A stretch of 64,000 bases of DNA. Source: Gemmatimonadota bacterium (GTDB taxonomy: Bacteria > Gemmatimonadota > Gemmatimonadetes > Gemmatimonadales > GWC2-71-9). Shown in pieces: positions 44,369 through 54,004 of the stretch (position 1 is its first letter; every line of letters starts with the position of its first letter). The notes below the pieces were generated by a model. It was not told where the DNA came from. It was given only the letters and a program-made list of their open reading frames with translations, and did not search any database. The stretch lies in contig JAWXBA010000153.1 in NCBI GenBank assembly GCA_034439775.1, positions 6,269-70,268 of the forward strand, in the 5' to 3' direction. The translations under genes were made by a program, and so were the position numbers.

Positions 44369-44663
44369 CAGCCGTGGAGCAAGTTGATGGACTTGAGGTC
44401 GACCGAGCGGGTGTGCCGGAAGATGGCCAGAATGATCGCCAGGCCGACTGCCGCCTCTGCCGCCGCGACCGCCATGACAAAGAAGACCATGACCTGGCCG
44501 CCAAATCCGTGCACCTGGCTCAGGGCCACGAAGGAAAGGTTCACGGCGTTGAGCATCAGCTCGACGCACATGAACAGCACGATCACGTTGCGGCGCACCA
44601 GCACCCCCACCACCCCGATGGAGAACAGCACCGCAGACAGGACGAGCGAGGGACCGAGGGGCA

Positions 44664-44664
<1 letters not shown>
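44368..44664 (-). CDS. nuoK: NADH-quinone oxidoreductase subunit K
   Basis: 98 aa, 3 TM helices, [12 protein letters not shown] motif. Confidence 0.92.
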
Positions 44665-45226
<562 letters not shown>

Positions 45227-45227
<1 letters not shown>

Positions 45228-45733
45228 CACTCGCCCCGCGGGTCGGTGGGGTCCCAGAGCGTGCTGACGGGATGGGTCTGGGCCGTCAGGCGCTCGAGGT
45301 CGTAGACGAAACGGTCCCGGCTGTACTCGGCGTTCTCGTAGTGCACCCCGACATGGATCGCCTCTTCGGGACAGACTTCCTGGCAGTAGCCGCAGAAGAC
45401 GCACCGAAACTCATCGATCTCATAGATCAGCGGATACCGATTGCCGACCTCGTCCTCGCCAGGCACCAGCTTGATGCAGTTGGCCGGGCAGATCTGCGGG
45501 CACAGTCCGCAGGCGACACACTTGGAGCGTCCCTGCTCGTCGGCCATCATCCGGTGGGTGCCCCGCCACCGGGACGAGATGGTCCAGTCGTCGGCGCTGC
45601 GCTGTTCCGGGTACTGCATGGTGACCTTGGGCTCGAACATGTGCTTGAAGGTCAGCACCATCCCCTTGAGGGTGGCCCGGATGTAGCTGACCTGCTCCTC
45701 CGGGCGCTTCATCACCTTCACGCCGACGGCCAT
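45227..45733 (-). CDS. nuoI: NADH-quinone oxidoreductase subunit I
   Basis: Two 4Fe-4S ferredoxin motifs (CVACGLCPQICP, CVFCGYCQEVCP). Start ATG 45733. Confidence 0.92.
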
Positions 45734-46968
45734 CAGCCCTCCCCTCCGGCCACGGAGGCCGACACTGCAGTCTTCCGGTACGAGCCGCTGACGATCCGCC
45801 CGCTGTCGACCACCCAGAAGAGCAGCCATGCAAGGGCGACATTGAGGCCGAACAGGATACCCATCTTGAGCCGCACGCTGGTGATGCCGATGCCGTGATC
45901 AATGCCCCAGATGGCCGCGGTCGTGATCACCAGGTACCCCAGCGCCACCGGGATCATGAACTTCCACCCGAGCGACATCAGCTGGTCATACCGGAACCGG
46001 GGCAAGGTCCAGCGGATCCACATCACGAAGAAGATGAAGAAGAACGTCTTGAGGAAGAACATCAGTCCGGTCACCAGGGTCTGCGCCACGCCGGGCGTCT
46101 CATCCCAGCTGGTGAACGGCAGGTCCCAGCCCCCGAAGAAGAGGGTGGCCGTCATCGCCGAGATGGTGACGATGTTGGCGTACTCGGCAATGAAGAACAT
46201 TGAGAACTTCATGGCGCTGTACTCGGTGTGGTACCCCGCCGTGAGCTCGGATTCCGCCTCGGGCATGTCGAACGGTAGCCGATTGAGTTCGGCGAACCCC
46301 GACACCAGGAAGAGGAAGAAGCTGATGAACAGCGGCAGCACGAACCAGAGTCCATCCTGCTGGGCGGCAATGATCGCGGAGAACCTGACGTTGCCAGTCA
46401 GCAGCAGCAGCGGGATCAGGCTCAGGCCCAGCGCCACCTCGTAGGACACCATCTGCGCGCTGGCCCGGAGCCCGCCGAGCAGGGCGTATTTGCTGTTGGA
46501 CGACCACCCCGCCAAGGCGATGCCGTAGATGCCGAGAGAACTGATGGCGAGCACGAACAGGAAGCCGATCGGCAGGTCGGCCACCACCATCGGCATTGCC
46601 CCGCTGTGCCGGAAGGTGCCGAGCAACGGCAGGGTGAACTCGAAGTTGACCGGCAGCGGCGAGGCCACCGGAATCACGGCAGAGAGCATCAGCGCCGGGA
46701 TGAACGCGATCATCGGGGCCATCAGGAAGAGGCCGAGGTTGGCCTGGGCGGGGAAGGTCTCTTCCTTGAGGATGTTCTTGAGCCCGTCGGCGGCCGGCTG
46801 CAGCAACCCTGCCCAGCCGACCCGGTTGGGCCCGCGGCGGTTCTGCATCCAGGCCGACACCTTGCGCTCCATCAGGGTCAGCATCGCCACGCCGACCAGG
46901 ATCACCGTGAAGACCACCAGCATCTTGATGACGCTGAGCAGCAGAAAGCCCTTGAATTCCGGCGTCAT
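45733..46968 (-). CDS. nuoH: NADH-quinone oxidoreductase subunit H
   Basis: ERKVSAWMQNRRGPN and AELNRLPFDMPEAESEL motifs. Confidence 0.93.
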   Translation of the reverse strand: MTPEFKGFLLLSVIKMLVVFTVILVGVAMLTLMERKVSAWMQNRRGPNRVGWAGLLQPAADGLKNILKEETFPAQANLGLFLMAPMIAFIPALMLSAVIPVASPLPVNFEFTLPLLGTFRHSGAMPMVVADLPIGFLFVLAISSLGIYGIALAGWSSNSKYALLGGLRASAQMVSYEVALGLSLIPLLLLTGNVRFSAIIAAQQDGLWFVLPLFISFFLFLVSGFAELNRLPFDMPEAESELTAGYHTEYSAMKFSMFFIAEYANIVTISAMTATLFFGGWDLPFTSWDETPGVAQTLVTGLMFFLKTFFFIFFVMWIRWTLPRFRYDQLMSLGWKFMIPVALGYLVITTAAIWGIDHGIGITSVRLKMGILFGLNVALAWLLFWVVDSGRIVSGSYRKTAVSASVAGGEG

Positions 46969-48548
46969 TCCCGTGCCCCCGTGCCAGCCGCGGCCAACTC
47001 GCGGCCGGTCAGCCCCAGTTCGGCGTAGGTCAGGCCGGCCAGCGCCGGGATCCAGGCACCCAATGCCACGAACGCATCGGCGGAGGTGTCGGGCCAGGTG
47101 CCCGACGGTTCAAGCAGGGCCAGCGCCTCGCTGGCCACCCACCACGCCGGCCGTGCCATCCCGGCACTGCTGCGCGCCTGGGTGTAGCGCTGCACCCGCT
47201 GGTTGCAGTTGACCCAGGTGCCGTTCTCTTCGGCCATCGTGGTGACCGGGAGCACCAAAGCGGCCACGCTGGCGATCCACTCCTCGTCGACGGTTCCGAG
47301 TACCAGCACGCGCGACGCCTGGCTGAGCAGCGCGGCCTCGTTCGGATCAAGCTCAGCATCCAGCACCACTACCAGGTCGGCCCCGGGAACTGCGGACAGC
47401 GCCGCGTGCCAGTCAGCAGCGCAGTCGGCCAATCGGGCGCCGTCGAGGTTGGGCACCCGCTCACTGCGGAGCGAAAGCCCTGGGATACCGGCCAGCGGGG
47501 CCACAGGTCCAGTGGGCACCCTGATGGCGGCGGTCACCTGCCCTGCCCGCTGCGCCATCTGGTGCACCAGGCCGAGTGACTCGGTGGAGGCACGTCCGCT
47601 GGCAAGGATCACAACCTGACCCGAGGCCTGCCGGAGGATGGCGGCGAGCCGTTCAAGTGCGGTCGGCCAGTCGGTCGCCACGAGGCGATCGCCGTCGCGT
47701 ACCAGCGGGGCCTCGATCCGGTCGCCGCGATTCATCCAACGATAGTCCGCGCGGCCCGTATCGCAGATGAAATGGCGATTGACGTCCAGATTCGGCCGCG
47801 GCCGCAGCCGGACCACCACGTCATCCCGGGTGTCGATCATGATATTGCAGCCCTGGGTACAGCCGGGGCAGATGCTGGCGGTTTTGTCGAGGTCCCAGGC
47901 GCGGGCCTTGTGGAGGAAGTCCTTGCTGACGAGCGACCCGACCGGGCAGAGATCCACCACGTTGCCGGCCCAGGGATGGTCCAGCGTCTGGCTGGGATCA
48001 ATCCCGATGAAGGCGCGGTCGCCCCGTTCCGACACGTTGAGCACCGGGGTCTCCGCCACGTCGTCCATGAAGCGGACGCAGCGGGTGCAGAGGATGCAGC
48101 GGTTGGCCACGTAGAGGATATCGGGGCCGAAATCCTCGACCGGATTGTACCGCTTGGCGTAGTCGGAGTACCGGGTGGCGGCCCGGCCCTCCTGGAAGAC
48201 ATAGTCCTGCAGCTCGCACTCGCCGGCCTGGTCGCAGATCGGGCAGTCGAGCGGGTGGTTGATCAGCAGGAACTCCAGCACGCTCTCGCGGGCCTTCCGG
48301 GCCTGGTCGCTGCCGGTATGGACGACCTGGCCCTCGGCCACCGTCGTGACGCACGCCGGCATGAGCTTGGGCGCCTTCTCCACCTCGACGAGGCACATCC
48401 GGCAGACCGCCGGCGAGGGGAGCGAGGGGTGATAGCAGTAGTGCGGCACCAGCACGCCGGCCTGCTTGGCGGCCTCGATCAGCGAGGTGCCCTTGGGCAC
48501 GCTGACCGACAGTCCGTCGATGGTCAACGATACGAGTTCAGCGCTCAT
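46965..48548 (-). CDS. nuoG: NADH-quinone oxidoreductase subunit G (short form)
   Basis: N-terminal 2Fe-2S and 4Fe-4S motifs (CRMCLVEV, HPLDCPICDQAGEC). Only about 527 aa from ATG 48548, so the C-terminal molybdopterin-like region is short. Confidence 0.88.
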   Translation of the reverse strand: MSAELVSLTIDGLSVSVPKGTSLIEAAKQAGVLVPHYCYHPSLPSPAVCRMCLVEVEKAPKLMPACVTTVAEGQVVHTGSDQARKARESVLEFLLINHPLDCPICDQAGECELQDYVFQEGRAATRYSDYAKRYNPVEDFGPDILYVANRCILCTRCVRFMDDVAETPVLNVSERGDRAFIGIDPSQTLDHPWAGNVVDLCPVGSLVSKDFLHKARAWDLDKTASICPGCTQGCNIMIDTRDDVVVRLRPRPNLDVNRHFICDTGRADYRWMNRGDRIEAPLVRDGDRLVATDWPTALERLAAILRQASGQVVILASGRASTESLGLVHQMAQRAGQVTAAIRVPTGPVAPLAGIPGLSLRSERVPNLDGARLADCAADWHAALSAVPGADLVVVLDAELDPNEAALLSQASRVLVLGTVDEEWIASVAALVLPVTTMAEENGTWVNCNQRVQRYTQARSSAGMARPAWWVASEALALLEPSGTWPDTSADAFVALGAWIPALAGLTYAELGLTGRELAAAGTGARE

Positions 48549-48552
48549 CGAC

Positions 48553-49860
48553 TCAGGCCCCCACCAGCGTCGGCTGCCGCGCCCCGGAAAGATAGGCATC
48601 GAACTCGCCGCGGAACTTGGCAATGCCGCTGACGATCGGCGCGGCGCAGGAGTCGCTCAGGACGCAGATGGTCTTGCCGGTCATGTTCTCGGAGAGATCG
48701 AGGAGCAGGCCGAGGTCCTCGGTCTGCCCCTCCCCGCGGAGAATCCGCTCCAGGATTTTGGTGGTCCAGGCGGTGCCCTCGCGGCACTGGGTGCACTGGG
48801 CGCAGCTCTCGTGGGCGTAGAACTTGGCCAGGCGGTACACCTCGTACACCACATCGGCAGAGTCGTCGAGCACGATGAATCCGGCCGACCCGAGCATCGA
48901 GCCCTTCTCGATGATCCCCTCGTAGTCGCAGAGGGCACCTTCCGCTTCGTCCCTGGTCATGATCGGCACCGAGGAGCCGCCGGGAATGACCGCCTTGAGG
49001 GTCCGCCCCGGCCGCATGCCGCCGGCCAGGTCGTGGATCAGGTCCTTCATCGGGAAGCCCATGGTGACTTCATAATTACCCGGCTTCTGGATCTGCCCGC
49101 AGACCGAGAAGAGCTTGGTGCCGGTGCTCTTCGGGTTGCTGAGGCAGAGTCCCTTGTACCACTCGCAACCCTGGTTCAGGATGTGCGGCACCGCGGCCAG
49201 GGTTTCCACGTTGTTGATCGTCGTCGGCATGCCGAACAGGCCGGCCTGGGCCGGGAACGGGGGCTTGATCCGCGGGTTGCCCCGCTTGCCCTCGAGCGAG
49301 TTCATCAGCGCCGTCTCCTCGCCGCAGATGTAGGCGCCGGCGCCGCGATGCAGGATGATGTCGATCCGCTTGCCCGAGCCGAAGGCGTTGGCGCCCAGCG
49401 CCCCCGCGGCGTAGGCCTCCTCGACCGCGGCGGTCATGATGCGCAGCGGCTCAGTGAACTCACCCCGGATGTAGATGTAGCAGGTCTCGGCCCCGATGGC
49501 ATAGGCGCCGATGGCACACCCCTCGATGAGGGCGTGGGGCGTCCAGCGCATGATCTCGCGATCCTTGAAGGTGCCCGGTTCGGATTCGTCGGCGTTGCAC
49601 ACGAGGTAGTGGGGCTTGCCGTCATTCTTCGGCATGAAGCTCCACTTGAGCCCGGTCGGGAACCCGGCGCCGCCACGACCGCGCAAGCCGGACGCCTTGA
49701 GTTCCTCAATAATGGCGTCGGGGGTCATGCCGAGTGCCTTGCGCAGCGCGACGTAACCGCCGCGTTCGATCCAGCCGGCATAGGTCCGCGCCGGGGCATC
49801 GCCGAAGTGCCTGGAGAGCACCACCGTTTCGCGGGGGTGACTGGGATGCGGATAACCCAT
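48553..49860 (-). CDS. nuoF: NADH-quinone oxidoreductase subunit F
   Basis: GLRGRGGAGFPTGLKW FMN/NADH site and ESCAQCTQCREG 4Fe-4S motif. Confidence 0.95.
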   Translation of the reverse strand: MGYPHPSHPRETVVLSRHFGDAPARTYAGWIERGGYVALRKALGMTPDAIIEELKASGLRGRGGAGFPTGLKWSFMPKNDGKPHYLVCNADESEPGTFKDREIMRWTPHALIEGCAIGAYAIGAETCYIYIRGEFTEPLRIMTAAVEEAYAAGALGANAFGSGKRIDIILHRGAGAYICGEETALMNSLEGKRGNPRIKPPFPAQAGLFGMPTTINNVETLAAVPHILNQGCEWYKGLCLSNPKSTGTKLFSVCGQIQKPGNYEVTMGFPMKDLIHDLAGGMRPGRTLKAVIPGGSSVPIMTRDEAEGALCDYEGIIEKGSMLGSAGFIVLDDSADVVYEVYRLAKFYAHESCAQCTQCREGTAWTTKILERILRGEGQTEDLGLLLDLSENMTGKTICVLSDSCAAPIVSGIAKFRGEFDAYLSGARQPTLVGA

Positions 49861-50381
49861 CAGGCATACCCCCTGAGCAGTTCGGGGACCCGGTCGGGGG
49901 CGACGCTATCGTGGAAGTCGTTGCCGATCATCACCGGGGTGGCGAAGCCGCAGGCGCCGAGGCACTCGACTTCGATCACCGTGAAGCGGCCATCCGGGCT
50001 GGTGGCACCGAGTTCGCCGCACTGGGTGGCCTCGAGCAGCGCCTTGAGCACGTCGCTCGAGCCGCAGAGGTGGCACGGCGAGGTGGTGCACACCTGGACC
50101 ACATGGCGTCCCATGGGGTGCTGGTAGTACATGGTGTAGAACGAGACCACCCCGCGAACGTAGGCTGGGGTCAGGCCCAGCACCTCGCCGACCTCCGCCA
50201 TGGCCTGCGGCGAGATCCAGCCGCGGGCCTCCTGGACCATCCAGAGGGCCGGCAGCAGGCAGGCCTGCTTGGTGGGGTACTTGGGAAACAGTGCCTCGAG
50301 CTTGGCCAGAACGGCTGCCACGAACACCGGTTCGTGGACGCCGCTGGCGGCATGGGCACCGGCATGTCCGGCTGCGCTCAT
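49860..50381 (-). CDS. nuoE: NADH-quinone oxidoreductase subunit E
   Basis: Thioredoxin-like 2Fe-2S motifs (VCTTSPCHLCG...ECLGACG). Confidence 0.92.
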   Translation of the reverse strand: MSAAGHAGAHAASGVHEPVFVAAVLAKLEALFPKYPTKQACLLPALWMVQEARGWISPQAMAEVGEVLGLTPAYVRGVVSFYTMYYQHPMGRHVVQVCTTSPCHLCGSSDVLKALLEATQCGELGATSPDGRFTVIEVECLGACGFATPVMIGNDFHDSVAPDRVPELLRGYA

Positions 50382-51649
50382 CGGTCAATCTCCCCCATCA
50401 CGATATCCACGCTGGCGTTGATCGCGATCACGTCGGACAGCAGGGCGCCCGTGCACATCTTCGGCAGGGCGGCCAGGTTGATGAACGACGGCGGCCGGAT
50501 CCGCCAGCGCACCGGCTTGGCGGTGCCGTCGGACACAAAGTAGGTGCCCAGCTCGCCCTTGGGATTCTCCACCCCGAAATATGCCTCGCCGGGCGGCGCA
50601 TCGATCCCTTCCATGACCTGCTTGAAATGGAAGATCATCGCTTCCATGTCGCTCATCGCCCGAGACTTGGGCGGCAGGATGACCCGGGGATCGGCAACGT
50701 TGATCGGACCCGGCTTGAGCCGGTCCAGCGCCTGCGACAGGATCCGGGTGCTCTGGTGCATCTCCTCGAGCCGTACCAGGTAGCGGTCGTAGATGTCGCC
50801 GTGCTCGCCCACCGGGACGTCAAAGTCATAGCTCTCGTAGTCGAGATACGGCTTGTCCTTGCGCATGTCCCAGGCGACACCACTGGCGCGGAGCATCGGC
50901 CCGGAGAGGCTGTAGTTGATCGCCTCCTCGGCGGTCATGACGCCGACACCCTGGGTCCGCCCGATCCAGATGGCGTTCCGGGTGAACATCGTGTCCACCT
51001 CACGCAGGGTGTCCGGGAAGGTGGCGCAGAAGTCTCGCAGACCCGCCTCGAAGCCCTCGGGGATGTCGGCCATCATGCCACCCACCCGGGACACACTGGT
51101 GGTGAGCCGGGCCCCGGTCCACATCTCCTGGAGATTATAGATCCGCTCCCGTTCCTGGAACGACCAGAGGAACGGGGTAAAGGCCCCCAGGTCGATTCCG
51201 GTGGTGCCCAGCCAGACCAGGTGGGAGATGATCCGGCTCATCTCGCACGCAATAACCCGCAGCACCTTGCAGCGTTCGGTGATCTCAATGCCCATCAGCT
51301 TCTCGGCGGCCAGTGCCAGCGCCACGTTGTTGGCCATCGGCGAGAGGTAGTCGGTCCGGTCGGTGAGCGGGATAATCTGGTTGTAGTGGCGGTATTCGCC
51401 CAGCTTCTCGAACCCGGAGTGCAGGTACCCCACGTGGGGGATGCAGCGCAGCACCGTCTCGCCATCGAGCTCCAGCACCAGGCGGAGCACGCCGTGGGTG
51501 GCCGGGTGCTGCGGACCGATGTTGACCATCATCGTCTCGGCCGGGAGGTCCTGCCCCGGAATCGGCACCCTGAGAGGGGTGCGGGTGGCACGGCCGCTGG
51601 CATCGATCGACGGGGTCGCCAGCGCCATTTCCACGGTGCGGGTGCTCAT
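50378..51649 (-). CDS. nuoD: NADH-quinone oxidoreductase subunit D
   Basis: NIGPQHPATHGVLRL motif and C-terminal IMGEIDR. Confidence 0.95.
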   Translation of the reverse strand: MSTRTVEMALATPSIDASGRATRTPLRVPIPGQDLPAETMMVNIGPQHPATHGVLRLVLELDGETVLRCIPHVGYLHSGFEKLGEYRHYNQIIPLTDRTDYLSPMANNVALALAAEKLMGIEITERCKVLRVIACEMSRIISHLVWLGTTGIDLGAFTPFLWSFQERERIYNLQEMWTGARLTTSVSRVGGMMADIPEGFEAGLRDFCATFPDTLREVDTMFTRNAIWIGRTQGVGVMTAEEAINYSLSGPMLRASGVAWDMRKDKPYLDYESYDFDVPVGEHGDIYDRYLVRLEEMHQSTRILSQALDRLKPGPINVADPRVILPPKSRAMSDMEAMIFHFKQVMEGIDAPPGEAYFGVENPKGELGTYFVSDGTAKPVRWRIRPPSFINLAALPKMCTGALLSDVIAINASVDIVMGEIDR

Positions 51650-52263
51650 GCGCCCTCCAGCCGGCCACTGGCCTCAAGCCGCTCCTGCATGTCCTTCGGC
51701 AGGTCATTGTACGCCTGGGCGATCGAGAGCTCTTCCATCGAGTAATTGGCCTCGGGGGTGATACCCAGCGCCTGCCGGGTCTGCTCTGCCCTGGTATAGT
51801 GTCCACGGAGCGGAAAGCTCTTCCGCAGGGGGTGCCCCTCGTTGTACGACTCCCACATCAGGATGCGCCGCAGGTCGGGGTGGCCATGGAAGCTGACGCC
51901 GAACATGTCGAAGACCTCGCGCTCGAGCCAGTCGGCCCCGCGCCAGAGGTCCACGACCGAGTCCACAACGAGCGGCGCCGACTGCTGCAGTGACACCTTG
52001 ACCCGGAGATCCTCGGCCCGATCCAGGGCACGCAGCTGGTAGACAACCTCAAGCGGATGCTCGGGATCGCGGTAATCCACCGCGGTGACATCGACGAGGT
52101 AGTTGTACTCCTGGCCCGGCGTATCCCGGAGCCAGGTCAGGATATCGTGTGCGCGTGCCGCGGCAACCCAGACGATGGCGTCGCCGCAGATCAGGTCATC
52201 CCGCTCCACTGCCGCCCCAAAGGCCGCACGGAGTGCCGCCACCGACGCCGAGGGGCCGGTCAT
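51646..52263 (-). CDS. nuoC: NADH-quinone oxidoreductase subunit C
   Basis: [26 protein letters not shown] motif. Confidence 0.92.
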   Translation of the reverse strand: MTGPSASVAALRAAFGAAVERDDLICGDAIVWVAAARAHDILTWLRDTPGQEYNYLVDVTAVDYRDPEHPLEVVYQLRALDRAEDLRVKVSLQQSAPLVVDSVVDLWRGADWLEREVFDMFGVSFHGHPDLRRILMWESYNEGHPLRKSFPLRGHYTRAEQTRQALGITPEANYSMEELSIAQAYNDLPKDMQERLEASGRLEGA

Positions 52264-52883
52264 GCCGAGCGGGTCTGGTGCACCGAGTTCCCGAAGGGCT
52301 CGGAAAGCTCGTCAATGCGTTCCGGCGCCAGGAAGAGGCCGTCGCTGTTGACGAGGTGTTCCTGCCGCAAGGTGGGATCGGTGAAGGTCTCACCCATGAT
52401 CTTCTTCTGGAGCATCATGATCCCGTAGATGAGCCCCTCGGGCCGCGGCGGGCACCCCGGGACATACACATCCACCGGGATGATGGTGTCGATGCCCTGC
52501 ACCATGGCGTAGGTGTCGAAGATGCCGCCGGTGGAGGCGCAGGCCCCCATGCTGATGGCCCACTTGGGCTGGGGCATCTGGTCCCAGACCCGGCGGATGA
52601 CCGGTGCCAGCTTGAACGGCAGCCGTCCGGCGCAGATCAGGACATCGGCCTGGCGCGGGGAAAAGCTCATCCGTTCCATGCCAAAGCGCGCCAAGTCAAA
52701 GCGGCCTGCAGCGCTGGCCATGAATTCGATGGCGCAACAGGCGGTGCCAAACGGCATCGGCCACAGAGAATTGGACCGGGCCCAGTTCTGGAGGAAATCG
52801 AGCCGGGTGGTGATGAAGTTGGGCGATGCCGCGTCGAGTGCGGTGGCCTGGTCACCGGTGGAGTCCGGTGGTGTCAATCCCAT
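52260..52883 (-). CDS. nuoB: NADH-quinone oxidoreductase subunit B
   Basis: [10 protein letters not shown] and GCPPRPE N2-cluster motifs. Confidence 0.95.
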   Translation of the reverse strand: MGLTPPDSTGDQATALDAASPNFITTRLDFLQNWARSNSLWPMPFGTACCAIEFMASAAGRFDLARFGMERMSFSPRQADVLICAGRLPFKLAPVIRRVWDQMPQPKWAISMGACASTGGIFDTYAMVQGIDTIIPVDVYVPGCPPRPEGLIYGIMMLQKKIMGETFTDPTLRQEHLVNSDGLFLAPERIDELSEPFGNSVHQTRSA

Positions 52884-53239
52884 TGCAGCGCTCCGCGCTT
52901 CCAGATATAGAGGTAGCCCACGCCGAGGATCAGCATGAACAGGAACATCTCGAGCATCAGCACTCCCGCCATGGCGCCGAGCTGGTGGAAGGCCACCGCC
53001 CAGGGAATCATGAACACCACCTCGATGTCAAAGATGATGAACAGCATCGCCACCAGGTAGAACTTGACCGAGAAGCGCTCCCGGGCATCACCGATGACGG
53101 GCATCCCCGATTCGTACGGCGCCACCTTGACCGGGGTGCGCCGATAGGAGCTGAAGATGTGCGACATCCCGAGCATCAGGATCGCGTTGGCGACCACGAA
53201 AAGCAGCAGGATGAGGATCGGAACGTAGGGCTGGAGCAT
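52874..53239 (-). CDS. nuoA: NADH-quinone oxidoreductase subunit A
   Basis: 121 aa, 3 TM helices, YESGMP and [10 protein letters not shown] motifs. First gene of the nuo cluster. Confidence 0.92.
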   Translation of the reverse strand: MLQPYVPILILLLFVVANAILMLGMSHIFSSYRRTPVKVAPYESGMPVIGDARERFSVKFYLVAMLFIIFDIEVVFMIPWAVAFHQLGAMAGVLMLEMFLFMLILGVGYLYIWKRGALQWD

Positions 53240-53286
53240 GCGTAGGCGGCCCTCGTGAAATTCTTCACAACCTCGAACAGTGCCGG

Positions 53287-53315
53287 AAAGTAACGCCGCC
53301 CAATATCTTCTTCAA
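53287..53315 (-). promoter_or_regulatory. Sigma-70-type promoter candidate for the nuo operon
   Basis: Minus strand reads TTGAAG (53315-53310), a 17-nt spacer, then TACTTT (53292-53287), about 47 nt upstream of the nuoA ATG. Confidence 0.3.
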
Positions 53316-53416
53316 CCCGCCCCGGATGCCCGCAAAAGGCTGGCAGCGCTATATTTGCCGCCGACCCACTCCCCTTTCCCGCCCCGGCGGGTTCCCCCCG
53401 ACCGACGCGAGGCCCG

Positions 53417-53995
53417 ATGTCGATCAAGTCCGACCGCTGGATCCGCCAGATGGCCACCACGTACGGCATGATCGACCCCTTCACCGACGGCCAGGTGCGC
53501 GAGGTCGACGCCAGGGGACGCAAGGTCATTTCGTACGGCGTCTCCTCCTACGGCTATGACATGCGGGTGGCGCCCGAATTCAAGATCTTCACCAACGCGC
53601 TCTCCGCGATCGTCGACCCGAAGGATTTCGATCCCAGGAGCTTCGTCGAATTCACCGGGGAGGTGTGCATTGTCCCGCCGAACAGCTTTGCCCTGGCCCG
53701 GTCGGTGGAATACTTCCGGATTCCCCGCAACGTCCTGACGATCTGCGTCGGCAAGAGCACCTACGCCCGCTGCGGCATCATCACCAACGTCACCCCGTTC
53801 GAGCCGGAGTGGGAAGGTCACGTCACCCTGGAGATCAGCAACACCACCCCGTTGCCGGCCAAGGTTTACGCCAATGAGGGGATCTGCCAGGTGCTGTTCT
53901 TTGAGGCCGATGCGGATGATGTCTGCGAAATCAGCTATGCCGACAAGGCCGGCAAGTACCAGGGCCAGCGCGGGGTGACCCTGCCCCGGCTCTGA
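53417..53995 (+). CDS. dcd: dCTP deaminase
   Basis: [10 protein letters not shown]-terminus, SSYGYDMRV and [10 protein letters not shown]...[14 protein letters not shown] motifs. GAGG Shine-Dalgarno 4-5 nt upstream. Confidence 0.92.
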   Translation: MSIKSDRWIRQMATTYGMIDPFTDGQVREVDARGRKVISYGVSSYGYDMRVAPEFKIFTNALSAIVDPKDFDPRSFVEFTGEVCIVPPNSFALARSVEYFRIPRNVLTICVGKSTYARCGIITNVTPFEPEWEGHVTLEISNTTPLPAKVYANEGICQVLFFEADADDVCEISYADKAGKYQGQRGVTLPRL

Positions 53996-54004
53996 GTGTC
54001 CTGG

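Noticed and set aside
53255-53268. Small inverted repeat GTGAA-attc-TTCAC in the nuoA 5' UTR
   Set aside because: The stem is only 5 bp, which is expected by chance. It is noted only as a possible minor operator or RNA element.
53341-53358. Sigma-54-like TGGCAG...TTGC upstream of dcd (rpoN is in the window)
   Set aside because: The GG-to-GC distance is 15 nt (G 53342 to G 53357) instead of the strictly conserved 12 nt of -24/-12 promoters, and no enhancer-binding protein gene is nearby.
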